Sequence record: JN600960.1
Length of the DNA: 39,646 nt
DNA from: Enterobacteria phage IME10
Direction: 5' to 3' (one strand)
Part shown: positions 18,057 through 26,945 of the stretch, piece by piece
How the letters are laid out: the number at the start of each line of letters is the position of its first letter
Position numbering within the stretch: the first letter of the stretch is position 1
Program-made: the position numbers and the translations under genes
Notes under the pieces: generated by a model
Seen by the model: only the letters and a program-made list of their open reading frames with translations
Told to the model about the DNA's origin: nothing
The model's database searches: none

Positions 18057-18764
18057 TTATGCCGCCTGTTTTAGCTCGTTAACTCTGATGTTCATTACCT
18101 GAACGCATTTAGCCTGCGCCTCCTCGTTGCCAGCCATTAATTGCCAGTCACGCTGATAACGCTCGATGAGTTTTTTCTTGTCAGTTTCTGTTGACGCATA
18201 ATCGCTGAAGTCTTTCAGGATTTGCTCGCAGTCAACCGATGGAGATTTCTGGTTGGTATTTTCTGGTGATGGTTTGTTATCTGATGCTGGGATTGCCCAT
18301 CCCGGCAGCGATGGAGGGAGCCAGTAAAATCCTGTTCCATCCTTGAGTTTTGCCCTGTGCCATCCCTGCTTTTTATCGAGAGATGTTTGTGCGAAACCTT
18401 CCTCAATGTTATACAGATACCGACCGATTCCCCACTGAACGGCAGCGCGCTTCATTGCACCGGAACGACCACCTTTGACGGCTTCTACCTGCGTGTTTTC
18501 AGCAGCATCCCATTTGGTTACCCATTCGGAATCAATCTTGATTGATATGCCGCATTCAACGCCGCCGTTGTTGGGAATATCGCGGTATTCATTGCGCCAT
18601 CCTGCTTTGCCACAAACATCGTCAAGGCGTTTCATGATTGCCCGGTTCGTGACATAAGCCAGCACCATAGCCCACACTTTGCCATCGCGTGTTTTACCGC
18701 TTTGCTGTATTCGCCATTCGATATCTTCAGGGCTGAATGGCTCATCGAATTTGTTCAAATCCAT
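18057..18764 (-). CDS. Rad52/Sak-family single-strand annealing protein
   Basis: N-terminal FSPEDIEWRIQ and GAMKRAAVQWGIGRYLY motif resemble Rad52-type annealases; occupies the Erf/Bet position next to ssb. Confidence 0.6.
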   Translation of the reverse strand: MDLNKFDEPFSPEDIEWRIQQSGKTRDGKVWAMVLAYVTNRAIMKRLDDVCGKAGWRNEYRDIPNNGGVECGISIKIDSEWVTKWDAAENTQVEAVKGGRSGAMKRAAVQWGIGRYLYNIEEGFAQTSLDKKQGWHRAKLKDGTGFYWLPPSLPGWAIPASDNKPSPENTNQKSPSVDCEQILKDFSDYASTETDKKKLIERYQRDWQLMAGNEEAQAKCVQVMNIRVNELKQAA

Positions 18765-18772
18765 AATTCACC

Positions 18773-18943
18773 TCAGAATGGACACGGCCCAAGGAAATAA
18801 CGCTGATTTAATACTTCGACTCGGGACAAATTAAGGCATACCCGCATTCCTTCGCGGTCACCATTATGGCGATACCAGAGAGCTTTCTGCGTGTACATGC
18901 GTCTCTGTAACTTGCTCTCCTTCACTGTGGTTGCAAGTGACAT
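18773..18943 (-). CDS. Small ORF (56 aa), possible Kil-like early protein
   Basis: AAGGAGATATTC RBS directly upstream of ATG; located between cIII and the annealase, where lambda has kil; no sequence recognition. Confidence 0.3.
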   Translation of the reverse strand: MSLATTVKESKLQRRMYTQKALWYRHNGDREGMRVCLNLSRVEVLNQRYFLGPCPF

Positions 18944-19155
18944 GAATATCTCCTTCGTTACCGATTAATTCTTTCATCTGACGAATGAATTCTTCGTCTG
19001 ACCAGTTATCTGTAAAACTCATTTCCTGCGATACCACGGAAGGTTGATAGCTGATTTCATCGCTTTATTTGCTTCAATCCACATTTTTGAATCACCAATA
19101 AATCTGGCTATTACTGCTTTGTTCTGTGCTGCACGAAGCATCTGGTGATTGATGG

Positions 19156-19287
19156 CTATTTCATTGCGCATAATAAGACCTCAACTCTTTTCCATCCGTC
19201 ACGTAATTTACGGGTGATTCGTTCAAGTAAAGATTCATTTAGTTGGAAGGCACCCATGCGAGCGCCTCCCGCGATTGCGTAAATCAT
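19156..19287 (-). CDS. cIII: cIII protease inhibitor homolog (43 aa)
   Basis: Translation MIYAIAGGARMGAFQLNESLLERITRKLRDGWKRVEVLLCAMK; the ESLLERITRKLRDGWKR core matches lambda CIII as I remember it; below the 60-aa ORF-track cutoff. Confidence 0.7.
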   Translation of the reverse strand: MIYAIAGGARMGAFQLNESLLERITRKLRDGWKRVEVLLCAMK

Positions 19288-19311
19288 GGGTGGTTCCTTA
19301 TGTTGGTTTTA

Positions 19312-20280
19312 TTAGTAGGTTATTTTTGTTGCGAATACTTCGCCTTTTACGATGGCTGTTATGATATTTTTAGCAACATCTTCTGATGCGCCAACCTTGA
19401 TAAGGTCAGCAAGTATTTTGTTATTTACTTCTTTCCGGTGAGCTTTATCCTTTGCTCTACGCTCTTCTTCGTCCTTGATTCTTTTTTCTTCTGCTATTCT
19501 GGCTTGCTCTTTTGCTTCAGCCTCGCGACGGATTCGTTCAGCCTCCTCCTGTGCTTTTCTGCGTTCTGCTTCAATTGCTGCCTGCTTTTCTCTTTCAGCT
19601 CGTTCTGCTGCCTCTTTTGCTTCGCGCTGTGCTCGTTGCTCGGCTTCAATGCGTTCACGCTCTGCACGTTCCGCTGCTGCCTTAGCTTCTGCTTCTCGCC
19701 TTGCCGCTGCTTCAATTTCGGCTTTTGCCTTTGCTTCGGCTTCTGCTCTGGCTTTCTCTTCAGCTTCTCTTTTTAAGCGTTCTTCATGCTCTCGCTTTTC
19801 CTGCTCCGCTTTGAGTCTTGCCTCTTCTCTTTGGCGGTCAAATTCGCGATCCATCAAAATCGCTATTTCATGGTCAGACTCAATTTGCTTTGCGAGAGCT
19901 TCAGCTGCTGCCTTAGCTTCTTCTTCGGCTTTAATCCGCGCCTGTTCTTCCTCATAATCAGTAAGAGGCTGGCGTGCCTTGGCTTTCAGCTCATCAAGGC
20001 GATCACGCACTGTCTTGCGGTTGGCATCAATGAGCTTTGGAATTTCCTTCAGTTCAGCAACAAGGTCTTTGCCAAGACCATCGAGATATGTTTTCGTCTG
20101 CGCAACTTTATACGCCAGAGAAGCGATCTCCTTTCTGCCCTTTGCCGTTGTGATATCAGGCACAAAGGACATAACTTCACGTTCAACCTTTTGAAGGATT
20201 TCTTCAATCTGGTCGGCAGACTGAAATACAGTCATTGCATTTGCTTTTTCAATAACAACTAAATCTGTTACTTCACTCAT
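19312..20280 (-). CDS. Coiled-coil protein with Glu/Arg/Ala-rich low-complexity core (322 aa)
   Basis: Long ORF with GGAGGA RBS; central ~150 aa of EAKAKAE/RREAE-type repeats; conserved-looking N- and C-terminal ends. Confidence 0.6.
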   Translation of the reverse strand: MSEVTDLVVIEKANAMTVFQSADQIEEILQKVEREVMSFVPDITTAKGRKEIASLAYKVAQTKTYLDGLGKDLVAELKEIPKLIDANRKTVRDRLDELKAKARQPLTDYEEEQARIKAEEEAKAAAEALAKQIESDHEIAILMDREFDRQREEARLKAEQEKREHEERLKREAEEKARAEAEAKAKAEIEAAARREAEAKAAAERAERERIEAEQRAQREAKEAAERAEREKQAAIEAERRKAQEEAERIRREAEAKEQARIAEEKRIKDEEERRAKDKAHRKEVNNKILADLIKVGASEDVAKNIITAIVKGEVFATKITY

Positions 20281-20292
20281 ATATCCTCCGTC

Positions 20293-20319
20293 AAAAAAAT
20301 GCCCTCACACTGGAGGGCA
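20293..20319 (-). terminator. Intrinsic terminator (tL-like)
   Basis: Minus strand GCCCTC-CAGTGTG-AGGGC followed by ATTTTTTT. Confidence 0.55.
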
Positions 20320-20437
20320 AAGAAGATTTCAAATAATCATAACAAGTCGGCTCCTGTTTAGTTACGAGCGACATTGCTCCGTGTATTCACTCGTTGGAAT
20401 GAATACACAGTGCAGTGTTTATTCTGTTGTTTATGCC

Positions 20438-20462
20438 AAAAATAAAGGCCGACTATGCGGCC
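20438..20462 (-). terminator. Intrinsic terminator downstream of the 62-aa gene
   Basis: Minus strand GGCCGCATAGTCGGCC followed by TTTATTTTT. Confidence 0.5.
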
Positions 20463-20467
20463 ATCAC

Positions 20468-20656
20468 TTAAATTTCCTTCCATCCCCAATCAAGCGTTTC
20501 AAATGCTATATCACGCATGTTTTCGTCTTTTTCGTCCTGATCCATTTCATTCCACTCATTCTCGGATAAGCCAAGATCACCGAGTGTTACAACTGTCTTT
20601 TTGCAAGAGTGAATGTTTGCGCCGGAATCCAACCAAATTTCAAATTTACGTTCCAT
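20468..20656 (-). CDS. Small acidic protein (62 aa), unknown function
   Basis: ORF with GAGGTGA RBS directly downstream of N. Confidence 0.5.
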   Translation of the reverse strand: MERKFEIWLDSGANIHSCKKTVVTLGDLGLSENEWNEMDQDEKDENMRDIAFETLDWGWKEI

Positions 20657-20664
20657 ATATCACC

Positions 20665-20964
20665 TCAAATAAGTGGTTTGCTGCCTAATTTCATTTTCTG
20701 GCGACCAACACAAGTCACACCCATTTCACTGCGTGGCTTGCGGTAGTAAATACGGTTCTGTTTACGCTCGACTTCTTCTGCCTTCTTGCAGCGAAGGATT
20801 CCGAGTGATGCTGCTTTATCTGCTCTGACGCAACCAGAGAGCTTTAGCGCAATTTTTCGTGCCAATCGCTGTTCTTGCATTGCCTGTTCACGTTGAGCCT
20901 GTCTGCGTGCTCTGCGGCGATTTCTGGCGTTATCGTCAGCCAGATATGTAATGACTACTGTCAT
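20665..20964 (-). CDS. N: N-like transcription antiterminator (P22 gene 24 analogue)
   Basis: First gene of the PL operon; N-terminal arginine-rich motif NARNRRRARRQAQRE; MTVVITY start resembles P22 gp24 as recalled; GGAGG RBS. Confidence 0.7.
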   Translation of the reverse strand: MTVVITYLADDNARNRRRARRQAQREQAMQEQRLARKIALKLSGCVRADKAASLGILRCKKAEEVERKQNRIYYRKPRSEMGVTCVGRQKMKLGSKPLI

Positions 20965-21158
20965 GTTGACCTCCGATGATTGACTTTGGTGATTGGATGG
21001 CCGGTGCTGAATTCCGGCTTACTGGTTAGAGCGCCCGCACTACCAGTGACGCTGTCTTGAGGCGCAGATTGGTTACTGCTTGCCATGAGCGCTGTTTATA
21101 CATTGGTCGAGCATCAGCCTGCTCATTCATCCAATCCCAAAGCCAACTACTCTTTGGT

Positions 21159-21199
21159 TCCCGCATTTCGGCGGGACAATCCCATCAATGTTAAAGAGC
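21159..21199 (-). promoter_or_regulatory. nutL (boxA GCTCTTTAAC and boxB hairpin)
   Basis: Minus-strand boxA at 21190-21199 and boxB UCCCGCCGAAAUGCGGGA at 21159-21176; both elements are identical to the nutR copies. Confidence 0.65.
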
Positions 21200-21245
21200 C
21201 TGCCAACCTGTTCCGTTTGGCTACCAGCGTCCTGCTGATGGCTTA

Positions 21246-21274
21246 AATTTAAGATCTCTTTAATTAATGGTCAA
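21246..21274 (-). promoter_or_regulatory. PL promoter with overlapping OL operator
   Basis: Minus strand TTGACC, 17-nt spacer, TAAATT; operator-like ATTTAAGATCTCTTTAAT overlaps it. Confidence 0.5.
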
Positions 21275-21342
21275 GAGTATTTTTGAAGAAAACTTAAATT
21301 TTCTTTCGTAACTTAAGTTTGGCTTTGATTTTTAAAGGAAAT

Positions 21343-21365
21343 AAAAAAAAGGGGCGAATGCCCCC
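21343..21365 (-). terminator. Intrinsic terminator immediately after c2
   Basis: Minus strand GGGGGCATTCGCCCC followed by T8. Confidence 0.6.
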
Positions 21366-22016
21366 TTATGGAAGGTTTGCTAGTTTTGCATCGACAACTA
21401 CGCCGATGATTTTGCAGTTTCCGTTGATCTCGATCATCGGATATTGTGGGTTAAGTGGTTTTAGAAACTTCCTGCCTGCATCAATAACTAACTTCTTGAA
21501 AGTTGCCTCGTTTTCTCCTTCGAGCTTTGCAACTACCAGTTTCCCGTTACGCGGCTCTACTTCAGGATCGACGAGTATTATCATTCCTTCAGGGATACTG
21601 AGACCGGCCGGAGCCGTCATTGAGTCTCCCTTCACGTCCAACCAAAACGAATCTTCTGAACAGTCTACGGTTGTATCGTACCAGTTATCTATTGCACGCT
21701 TATGATATGGTTCTACAGCTTCCATCCAGCATCCTGCGCTCACCCAGCTAATCAGAGGGTATGACCCTCTTGGATCATGCCTACTGTGATAGGCAATGTT
21801 TGAAAGACTTTCCTCTCCTTTCATCAGATAGTCAGGGGAACACTTCAACGCATTAGCCAGGGCGAGAAGATTCTCTCCATTTGGCTCTGTCTCAGAGCGT
21901 TCCCACTGAGATATGGCAACATTAGACACGCCGACCATCTTTCCAAGTGCGGCCTGCCTGATCTTGAGTTCTTTTCTCCGAGCGCGAATGCGCTCTCCCA
22001 TCAATTGAGTTTTCAT
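21366..22016 (-). CDS. c2: c2 repressor (lambda cI analogue; HTH plus LexA-like cleavage domain)
   Basis: 216 aa; near-identical to P22 C2 as I recall it (QAALGKMVGVSNVAISQWERSETEPNGENLLAL...GDSM...KLVVAKL). Confidence 0.95.
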   Translation of the reverse strand: MKTQLMGERIRARRKELKIRQAALGKMVGVSNVAISQWERSETEPNGENLLALANALKCSPDYLMKGEESLSNIAYHSRHDPRGSYPLISWVSAGCWMEAVEPYHKRAIDNWYDTTVDCSEDSFWLDVKGDSMTAPAGLSIPEGMIILVDPEVEPRNGKLVVAKLEGENEATFKKLVIDAGRKFLKPLNPQYPMIEINGNCKIIGVVVDAKLANLP

Positions 22017-22020
22017 AGTT

Positions 22021-22082
22021 AAGACATCTTAAATAAACTTGACTTAAGATTCCTTTAGTGGATAATTTAAGTGTTCTTTAAT
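22021..22082. promoter_or_regulatory. OR operator region (OR1-OR3) with PR (-35 TTGACT 22039-22044, -10 GATAAT 22061-22066) and divergent PRM
   Basis: P22-type operator ATTTAAGTGTTCTTTAAT at 22065-22082 plus two related copies upstream; promoter hexamers with 16-nt spacing. Confidence 0.7.
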
Positions 22083-22096
22083 TTCGGAGCGAGTCT

Positions 22097-22282
22097 ATGT
22101 ACAAGAAAGATGTTATCGACCACTTCGGAACCCAGCGTGCTGTAGCTAAAGCGTTAGGCATTAGCGACGCAGCAGTCTCTCAGTGGAAGGAAGTCATCCC
22201 AGAGAAAGACGCCTATCGACTGGAAGTCGTTACAGCTGGCGCCCTGAAGTATCAAGAAAGCGCTTACCGCAAAGCGGCATAA
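22097..22282 (+). CDS. cro: Cro repressor
   Basis: 61 aa with HTH QRAVAKALGISDAAVSQW; divergent from c2 across OR. Confidence 0.9.
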   Translation: MYKKDVIDHFGTQRAVAKALGISDAAVSQWKEVIPEKDAYRLEVVTAGALKYQESAYRKAA

Positions 22283-22289
22283 GCAAATT

Positions 22290-22332
22290 GCTCTTTAACA
22301 GTCATGGTCCTCATTCCCGCCGAAATGCGGGA
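22290..22332 (+). promoter_or_regulatory. nutR (boxA GCTCTTTAAC and boxB hairpin)
   Basis: boxA at 22290-22299 and boxB UCCCGCCGAAAUGCGGGA at 22315-22332, identical to the nutL copies. Confidence 0.65.
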
Positions 22333-22390
22333 ATACAACGCGCATAAGTTGATGCGCATAACTTCTTATTTGTTAAGGAAATACTTACAT

Positions 22391-22669
22391 ATGGAACTTA
22401 CAAGTACTCGCAAGAAAGCGAATGCAATTACAAGCAACATCCTGAATCGAATTGCTGTACGTGGCCAGCGAAAGGTTGCCGACGCATTAGGGATCAATGA
22501 ATCGCAAATTTCGCGATGGAAAGACAGCTTTATCCCAAAGATGGCCATGCTTCTGGCTGTTCTTGAATGGGGTGTTGAAGACGAGGAGTTGGCTGAACTG
22601 GCTAAGAAAGTAGCCAGAATGCTGGCAAAAGAAAAAGCCCCGAAGAACGGCGAATTCTTCGAGGCCTGA
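22391..22669 (+). CDS. c1: c1 protein (lambda cII analogue), transcriptional activator
   Basis: 92 aa from the ATG at 22391; GINESQISRWKDSFIPKMAMLLAVLEWGV matches lambda CII / P22 C1 as recalled; the longer track ORF from 22304 would swallow nutR. Confidence 0.85.
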   Translation: MELTSTRKKANAITSNILNRIAVRGQRKVADALGINESQISRWKDSFIPKMAMLLAVLEWGVEDEELAELAKKVARMLAKEKAPKNGEFFEA

Positions 22670-22703
22670 TGTAGAAAGACTGGATCAATCCACAGGAGTA
22701 ATT

Positions 22704-22865
22704 ATGACAAAACGTCGTAAGAAATACCAGGAAAAAGAAGAGATTCGACACCCTGATTCACCTGAGGGATTAGTGGTAGCCGCAGCAAATAACAGGGCGT
22801 TCGCAGAGCGCCTTGTTGGTGTTTACAGACTAGCCAAAGCAGGAGTGAAACATGGGCGTCGTTAA
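22704..22865 (+). CDS. Small basic ORF (53 aa), unknown
   Basis: ATG with AGGAG RBS; below the ORF-track cutoff; overlaps the upstream extension of the replication gene. Confidence 0.3.
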   Translation: MTKRRKKYQEKEEIRHPDSPEGLVVAAANNRAFAERLVGVYRLAKAGVKHGRR

Positions 22866-22912
22866 GTTAGCTGATTACAGGCATAACCCTGTACAACATC
22901 AGGAGGCATCCA

Positions 22913-23742
22913 GTATGGGGTATGTCTCTATACACCGCCAGTTTATGGACAGCAGGCTCTATAAGGACTCTCAGGCAGTACATCTTTGGCTTCACTTAAT
23001 CCTCAAGGCTAATCACGAATCTACTGTCGTCAATACGGATATCGGGCCGATAACTGTTGATCGCGGTCAGATGATAACTGGACGCCCGTCGCTGGTCAGA
23101 GAAACATTCATCCCCGACAACAAAGTTCGGAGCTTATTGCGGACTTTTGAGTCGAAAGGGATGCTTAATATTTGCTCGATGGGGAAGAAATTTAGCCTGT
23201 TTACAATCGTTAAATATGACGATTTTCAGGCAAAAAATTGTCCAACGGTTGTCCAACGGTTGTCCAACGCAAACACCAGTAATGGCGCGGCTCTCAGCGG
23301 AGATTGTCCAACGGTTGTCCAACGGTTGTCCATAAACAATAATATAAATAATATCTCTAATACTGACGTATTAGAGAGTGCCACAGCAGACAAAAAGTCT
23401 GACAAGAAAAAACCTTCCGTTAGCTGTCAGGATGTTGTCGATGCTTACCACGAAATCCTTCCTGAAGCGCCAAAAATCCGCGCACTGAATGACAAGCGTA
23501 AAAACCAGATCCGAACGTTCTGGCGCAAAGCCGGAGTGATAACCCGCCAGCTTGACGGGCATGGGTTCACGATGCAGGACTGGAGAAATTATTTGAGCTA
23601 CGTAGGCGAAAATTGCCGATGGATGTTCGAAGAGCGTCCAAACCATCAACGCGGAACCGTCTGGCACAAAAAGGGATTTGATTTCCTGCTTAACGATAAT
23701 ACCTACCTGAAAGTTCGTGAGGGTGAACACGATGACCGATAA
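22913..23742 (+). CDS. Replication initiator (lambda O / P22 gene 18 analogue) containing ori iterons
   Basis: AGGAGG RBS before MGYVSIHRQ; iteron arrays encoded inside the ORF; followed by the helicase gene. Confidence 0.8.
23238..23334. repeat. Origin of replication: two clusters of three TTGTCCAACGG iterons followed by an AT-rich tract
   Basis: Iterons at 23238-23270 and 23305-23334 read directly; AT-rich AAACAATAATATAAATAATATC follows. Confidence 0.8.
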
Positions 23743-25168
23743 TTTTTATGCGCCGCCCCATAGCATCGAGGCAGAGCAGGCGGTGATTGGTGGATTGCTT
23801 CTGGATGATGACAGCAGTGAGCGCGTCCGGAAAGTTCTGGCGATGCTGAAGCCTGATTCATTTTACAGCCGACCACACAAAATCCTTTTCGAAGAAATAA
23901 CCAGAATGCACCGGGAGCAAAAGCCAGTAGATGGGCTGACGCTTTTCGATGAACTGGAGCGCAAATCGTTAACGGCGTCTGTTGGCGGTTTTGCTTATAT
24001 CGCTGAGATCGCAAAGAACACGCCAAGCGCAGCAAACATCGTTGCCTATGCAATGCAGGTTCGTGAAACCGCAATGGAACGCTACGCCATCAACCGCATG
24101 ACTGAAGCGACGGAATTGCTCTATTCCCGCAACGGAATGACTGCAACGCAGAAGTACGAAGCTATTCAGGCAATTTTCACGCAACTGACAGACCATGCAA
24201 AAACCGGATCGCGTCGCGGCCTTCGCTCATTTGGTGAGGTCATGGAAGACTGGGTTAGCGACCTTGAGAAGCGTTTTGACCCGTCAGGCGAACAACGAGG
24301 AATGAGCACAGGGATCCCATCGCTGGACAGGATGCTGTCACCGAAAGGTCTGGTGAAAGGCTCTCTGTTTGTCATTGGCGCTCGCCCTAAGATGGGGAAA
24401 ACGACGCTATACAGCCAGATGGCAATCAACTGCGCAGTGCATGAGAAAAAGCCTGCTCTGATGTTCAGCCTTGAAATGCCAGGTGATCAGATACTGGAAA
24501 AACTGGTAGGGCAGAAGTCTGGTGTTAACCCGAATATTTTTTACCTTCCGGCGACAAATGACGCCGATGACGGCTATCAGGGTGATTACGATGGTGACTT
24601 CAACAGGGCGATCGAAACAGCAAATCGCTTGAGTGAAATCGACCTGCTTTACATCGACGACACGCCGGGATTATCTCTGGCTCAAATCGTCAGCGAAAGC
24701 CGTCGAATCAAACGAGAAAAAGGATGCGTTGGCATGATTCTGGTCGATTACCTGACACTAATGACCGCTGAGAAGGCCGATCGCAACGACCTTGCTTACG
24801 GCATGATCACCAAAGGACTGAAGAACCTTGCCAAAGAGCTTGATTGCGTTGTTGTGCTTCTTACACAACTTAACCGCGCACTGGAAAGCCGAACCAATAA
24901 ACGCCCATTACCAAGTGACTCACGAGATACAGGGCAGATTGAACAGGATTGCGATTATTGGGTGGGGATCCATCGTGAAGGTGCTTTTGATGACAGTGTT
25001 CCACCTGGTGAAACCGAACTAATCCTTCGTCTCAATCGTCATGGCAATACCGGCACGGTGTATTGCATTCAGGCAAATGGAGCTATTTATGACACAGACC
25101 AACAGTCTGCTGAAATGCGCCGACGTGAACGCGAGGAACCGCAGTCCAAGAAGAAAGGAGGATTCTGA
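23732..25168 (+). CDS. Replicative DNA helicase, DnaB-like (P22 gene 12 analogue)
   Basis: Walker A GARPKMGKT, DnaB N-terminal domain, Walker B-like ILVDYL; start MTDNFYAPP overlaps the end of the initiator gene. Confidence 0.9.
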   Translation: MTDNFYAPPHSIEAEQAVIGGLLLDDDSSERVRKVLAMLKPDSFYSRPHKILFEEITRMHREQKPVDGLTLFDELERKSLTASVGGFAYIAEIAKNTPSAANIVAYAMQVRETAMERYAINRMTEATELLYSRNGMTATQKYEAIQAIFTQLTDHAKTGSRRGLRSFGEVMEDWVSDLEKRFDPSGEQRGMSTGIPSLDRMLSPKGLVKGSLFVIGARPKMGKTTLYSQMAINCAVHEKKPALMFSLEMPGDQILEKLVGQKSGVNPNIFYLPATNDADDGYQGDYDGDFNRAIETANRLSEIDLLYIDDTPGLSLAQIVSESRRIKREKGCVGMILVDYLTLMTAEKADRNDLAYGMITKGLKNLAKELDCVVVLLTQLNRALESRTNKRPLPSDSRDTGQIEQDCDYWVGIHREGAFDDSVPPGETELILRLNRHGNTGTVYCIQANGAIYDTDQQSAEMRRREREEPQSKKKGGF

Positions 25169-25198
25169 TGACCATCTACATCACTGAGCTAATAACAG

Positions 25199-25226
25199 GG
25201 GCTATTTACACAGTAGCCCTTTTTTA
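25199..25226 (+). terminator. Intrinsic terminator after the helicase gene
   Basis: GGGCTA-loop-TAGCCC followed by TTTTTT. Confidence 0.5.
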
Positions 25227-25252
25227 TTGGATTAAGAACGAGGGGGATCCTG

Positions 25253-25465
25253 ATGGACACCGTTAACGGAATGTGTTCAGACGCACCGCGTGCCAAAAAA
25301 TGTAAATGCGGAAAATTACCGACAATATTCGACATGGAGAACGGGTGCCAAATCTACTGCGCTAACCACGCTGCTGTGGCGGCCGCGAATTATCGCAGTG
25401 CGGTAACGGAGTGGAATAACCTGAAATCTGTTAGAGAGGGAAGTCATGAAAAAACTAACCTTTGA
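25253..25465 (+). CDS. Small Cys-rich protein (70 aa), nin-region
   Basis: ORF with GAGGGGG RBS; CKCGK...CQIYCANH zinc-binding-like pattern. Confidence 0.5.
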   Translation: MDTVNGMCSDAPRAKKCKCGKLPTIFDMENGCQIYCANHAAVAAANYRSAVTEWNNLKSVREGSHEKTNL

Positions 25466-25886
25466 AATTCGATCTCCAGCACATCAGCAAAACGCTATTC
25501 ACGCGGTACAGCAAATTCTTCCAGACCCAACCAAACCAATCGTAGTAACCATTCAGGAACGCAACCGCAGCTTAGACCAAAATCGGAAGCTTTGGGCTTG
25601 CCTTGGTGACGTCTCTCGTCAGGTTGAATGGCATGGTCGCTGGCTGGATGCAGAAAGCTGGAAGTGTGTGTTTACCGCAGCATTAAAGCAGCAGGACGTT
25701 GTTCCTAACCTTGCCGGGAATGGCTTTGTGGTAATAGGCCAGTCAACCAGCAGGATGCGTGTAGGCGAATTTGCGGAGCTATTAGAGCTTATACAGGCAT
25801 TCGGTACAGAGCGTGGCGTTAAGTGGTCAGACGAAGCGAGACTGGCTCTGGAGTGGAAAGCGAGATGGGGAGATCGGGCTGCATGA
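25446..25886 (+). CDS. ninB: NinB (Orf-family recombination mediator)
   Basis: 146 aa, essentially identical to lambda NinB as I recall it. Confidence 0.9.
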   Translation: MKKLTFEIRSPAHQQNAIHAVQQILPDPTKPIVVTIQERNRSLDQNRKLWACLGDVSRQVEWHGRWLDAESWKCVFTAALKQQDVVPNLAGNGFVVIGQSTSRMRVGEFAELLELIQAFGTERGVKWSDEARLALEWKARWGDRAA

Positions 25887-26410
25887 CTATCAAATCAAAT
25901 ACGCCAGCACACGACAAGGACTGCTGGCAAACGCCGCTTTGGCTTTTTGATGCACTGGATATTGAGTTTGGATTCTGGCTGGATTCGGCAGCGAGCGACA
26001 AAAATGCTCTGTGTGCTCACTGGCTAACTGAGGCCGACGACGCGCTCAATTCTGAGTGGGTAAGCCACGGTGCAATCTGGAATAACCCACCGTACAGCAA
26101 TATCAGGCCGTGGGTGGAAAAAGCCGCTGAGCAGTGCATACAACAGCGACAGACGGTAGTGATGCTTGTGCCAGAGGATATGTCTGTCGGATGGTTCAGC
26201 AAGGCTCTGGAGAGTGTTGACGAAGTTCGCATCATCACTGATGGACGGATTAATTTTATCGAACCATCGACGGGGTTGGAGAAGAAGGGAAACAGCAAAG
26301 GTTCCATACTGCTGATTTGGCGACCGTTCATCAGTCCTCGACGGATGTTTACTACCGTATCCAAAGCGGCATTGATGGCGATCGGGCAGGGCGTCAGGAG
26401 GGCGGAATGA
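25883..26410 (+). CDS. Phage-type DNA N6-adenine methyltransferase (orphan Dam-like)
   Basis: Start [12 protein letters not shown] (ATGA overlap with ninB stop); [16 protein letters not shown] and the catalytic NPPY motif. Confidence 0.75.
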   Translation: MTIKSNTPAHDKDCWQTPLWLFDALDIEFGFWLDSAASDKNALCAHWLTEADDALNSEWVSHGAIWNNPPYSNIRPWVEKAAEQCIQQRQTVVMLVPEDMSVGWFSKALESVDEVRIITDGRINFIEPSTGLEKKGNSKGSILLIWRPFISPRRMFTTVSKAALMAIGQGVRRAE

Positions 26411-26583
26411 GGCGACAGCAACGAAGTATCACCGACATAATCTGCGAAAACTGCAAATACCTTCCAACGAAACGCTCCAGAAATAAACGCAAGCCAATCC
26501 CAAAAGAATCTGACGTAAAAACCTTCAACTACACGGCTCACCTGTGGGATATCCGGTGGCTAAGACATCGTGCGAGGAAATGA
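26406..26583 (+). CDS. ninE: NinE
   Basis: [58 protein letters not shown] matches lambda NinE as recalled. Confidence 0.75.
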
Positions 26584-26945
26584 CAATGGATTATTCACAG
26601 TTAAGTGATTTTGAAATTAACGTGGCGGTATTCGAAGTCATTCATAACGGATCACCGGATTACAAAGAAGGTGAGAATGGCGATATGGTGTTTATCTCAT
26701 TTGAGGGAGACGTTGTAAACGGAGACGCAGTTGAAGTAGAAGTTGAGCGCGGATCATTTAACCCATGCGTAAACCCAGCAGACGCATGGCCGATTGTTGA
26801 AAAATACAGGATTAGCATTATCAATCTCGATGAAGACGAGTGGGGTGCACGCGGTGTGGCCTACTGTAAATCTAAGCGAGCTATACATGAAAATCCCCTC
26901 CGCGCCGCCATGATTGTCTTTCTCATGATGCAGAGAATCCAATAA
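26580..26945 (+). CDS. nin-region hypothetical protein (NinX-like)
   Basis: ORF between ninE and ninF; start at 26580 or 26586. Confidence 0.5.
   Translation: MTMDYSQLSDFEINVAVFEVIHNGSPDYKEGENGDMVFISFEGDVVNGDAVEVEVERGSFNPCVNPADAWPIVEKYRISIINLDEDEWGARGVAYCKSKRAIHENPLRAAMIVFLMMQRIQ

Noticed and set aside
19438-20262. Plus-strand ORFs 19438-19776, 19475-19957, 19786-20262 and 19979-20194 (Ser/Ala/Cys/Phe-rich translations)
   Set aside because: Antisense shadows of the low-complexity coiled-coil gene on the minus strand; no RBS and implausible composition.
20381-20408. 9-bp inverted repeat GTGTATTCA-N10-TGAATACAC as a terminator
   Set aside because: No adjacent U-tract on either strand; possibly a protein-binding site or RNA structure, but the evidence is insufficient to call a feature.
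22304-22390. Long form of the c1/cII ORF starting at 22304
   Set aside because: It would translate through nutR boxA and boxB; the ATG at 22391 yields the expected 92-aa protein.
23703-24429. Minus-strand ORFs antisense to the DnaB-like helicase gene
   Set aside because: Antisense frames inside a conserved helicase gene; no independent support.
26017-26541. 174-aa minus-strand ORF antisense to the methyltransferase and ninE
   Set aside because: Antisense to conserved nin-region genes in a strictly rightward operon.
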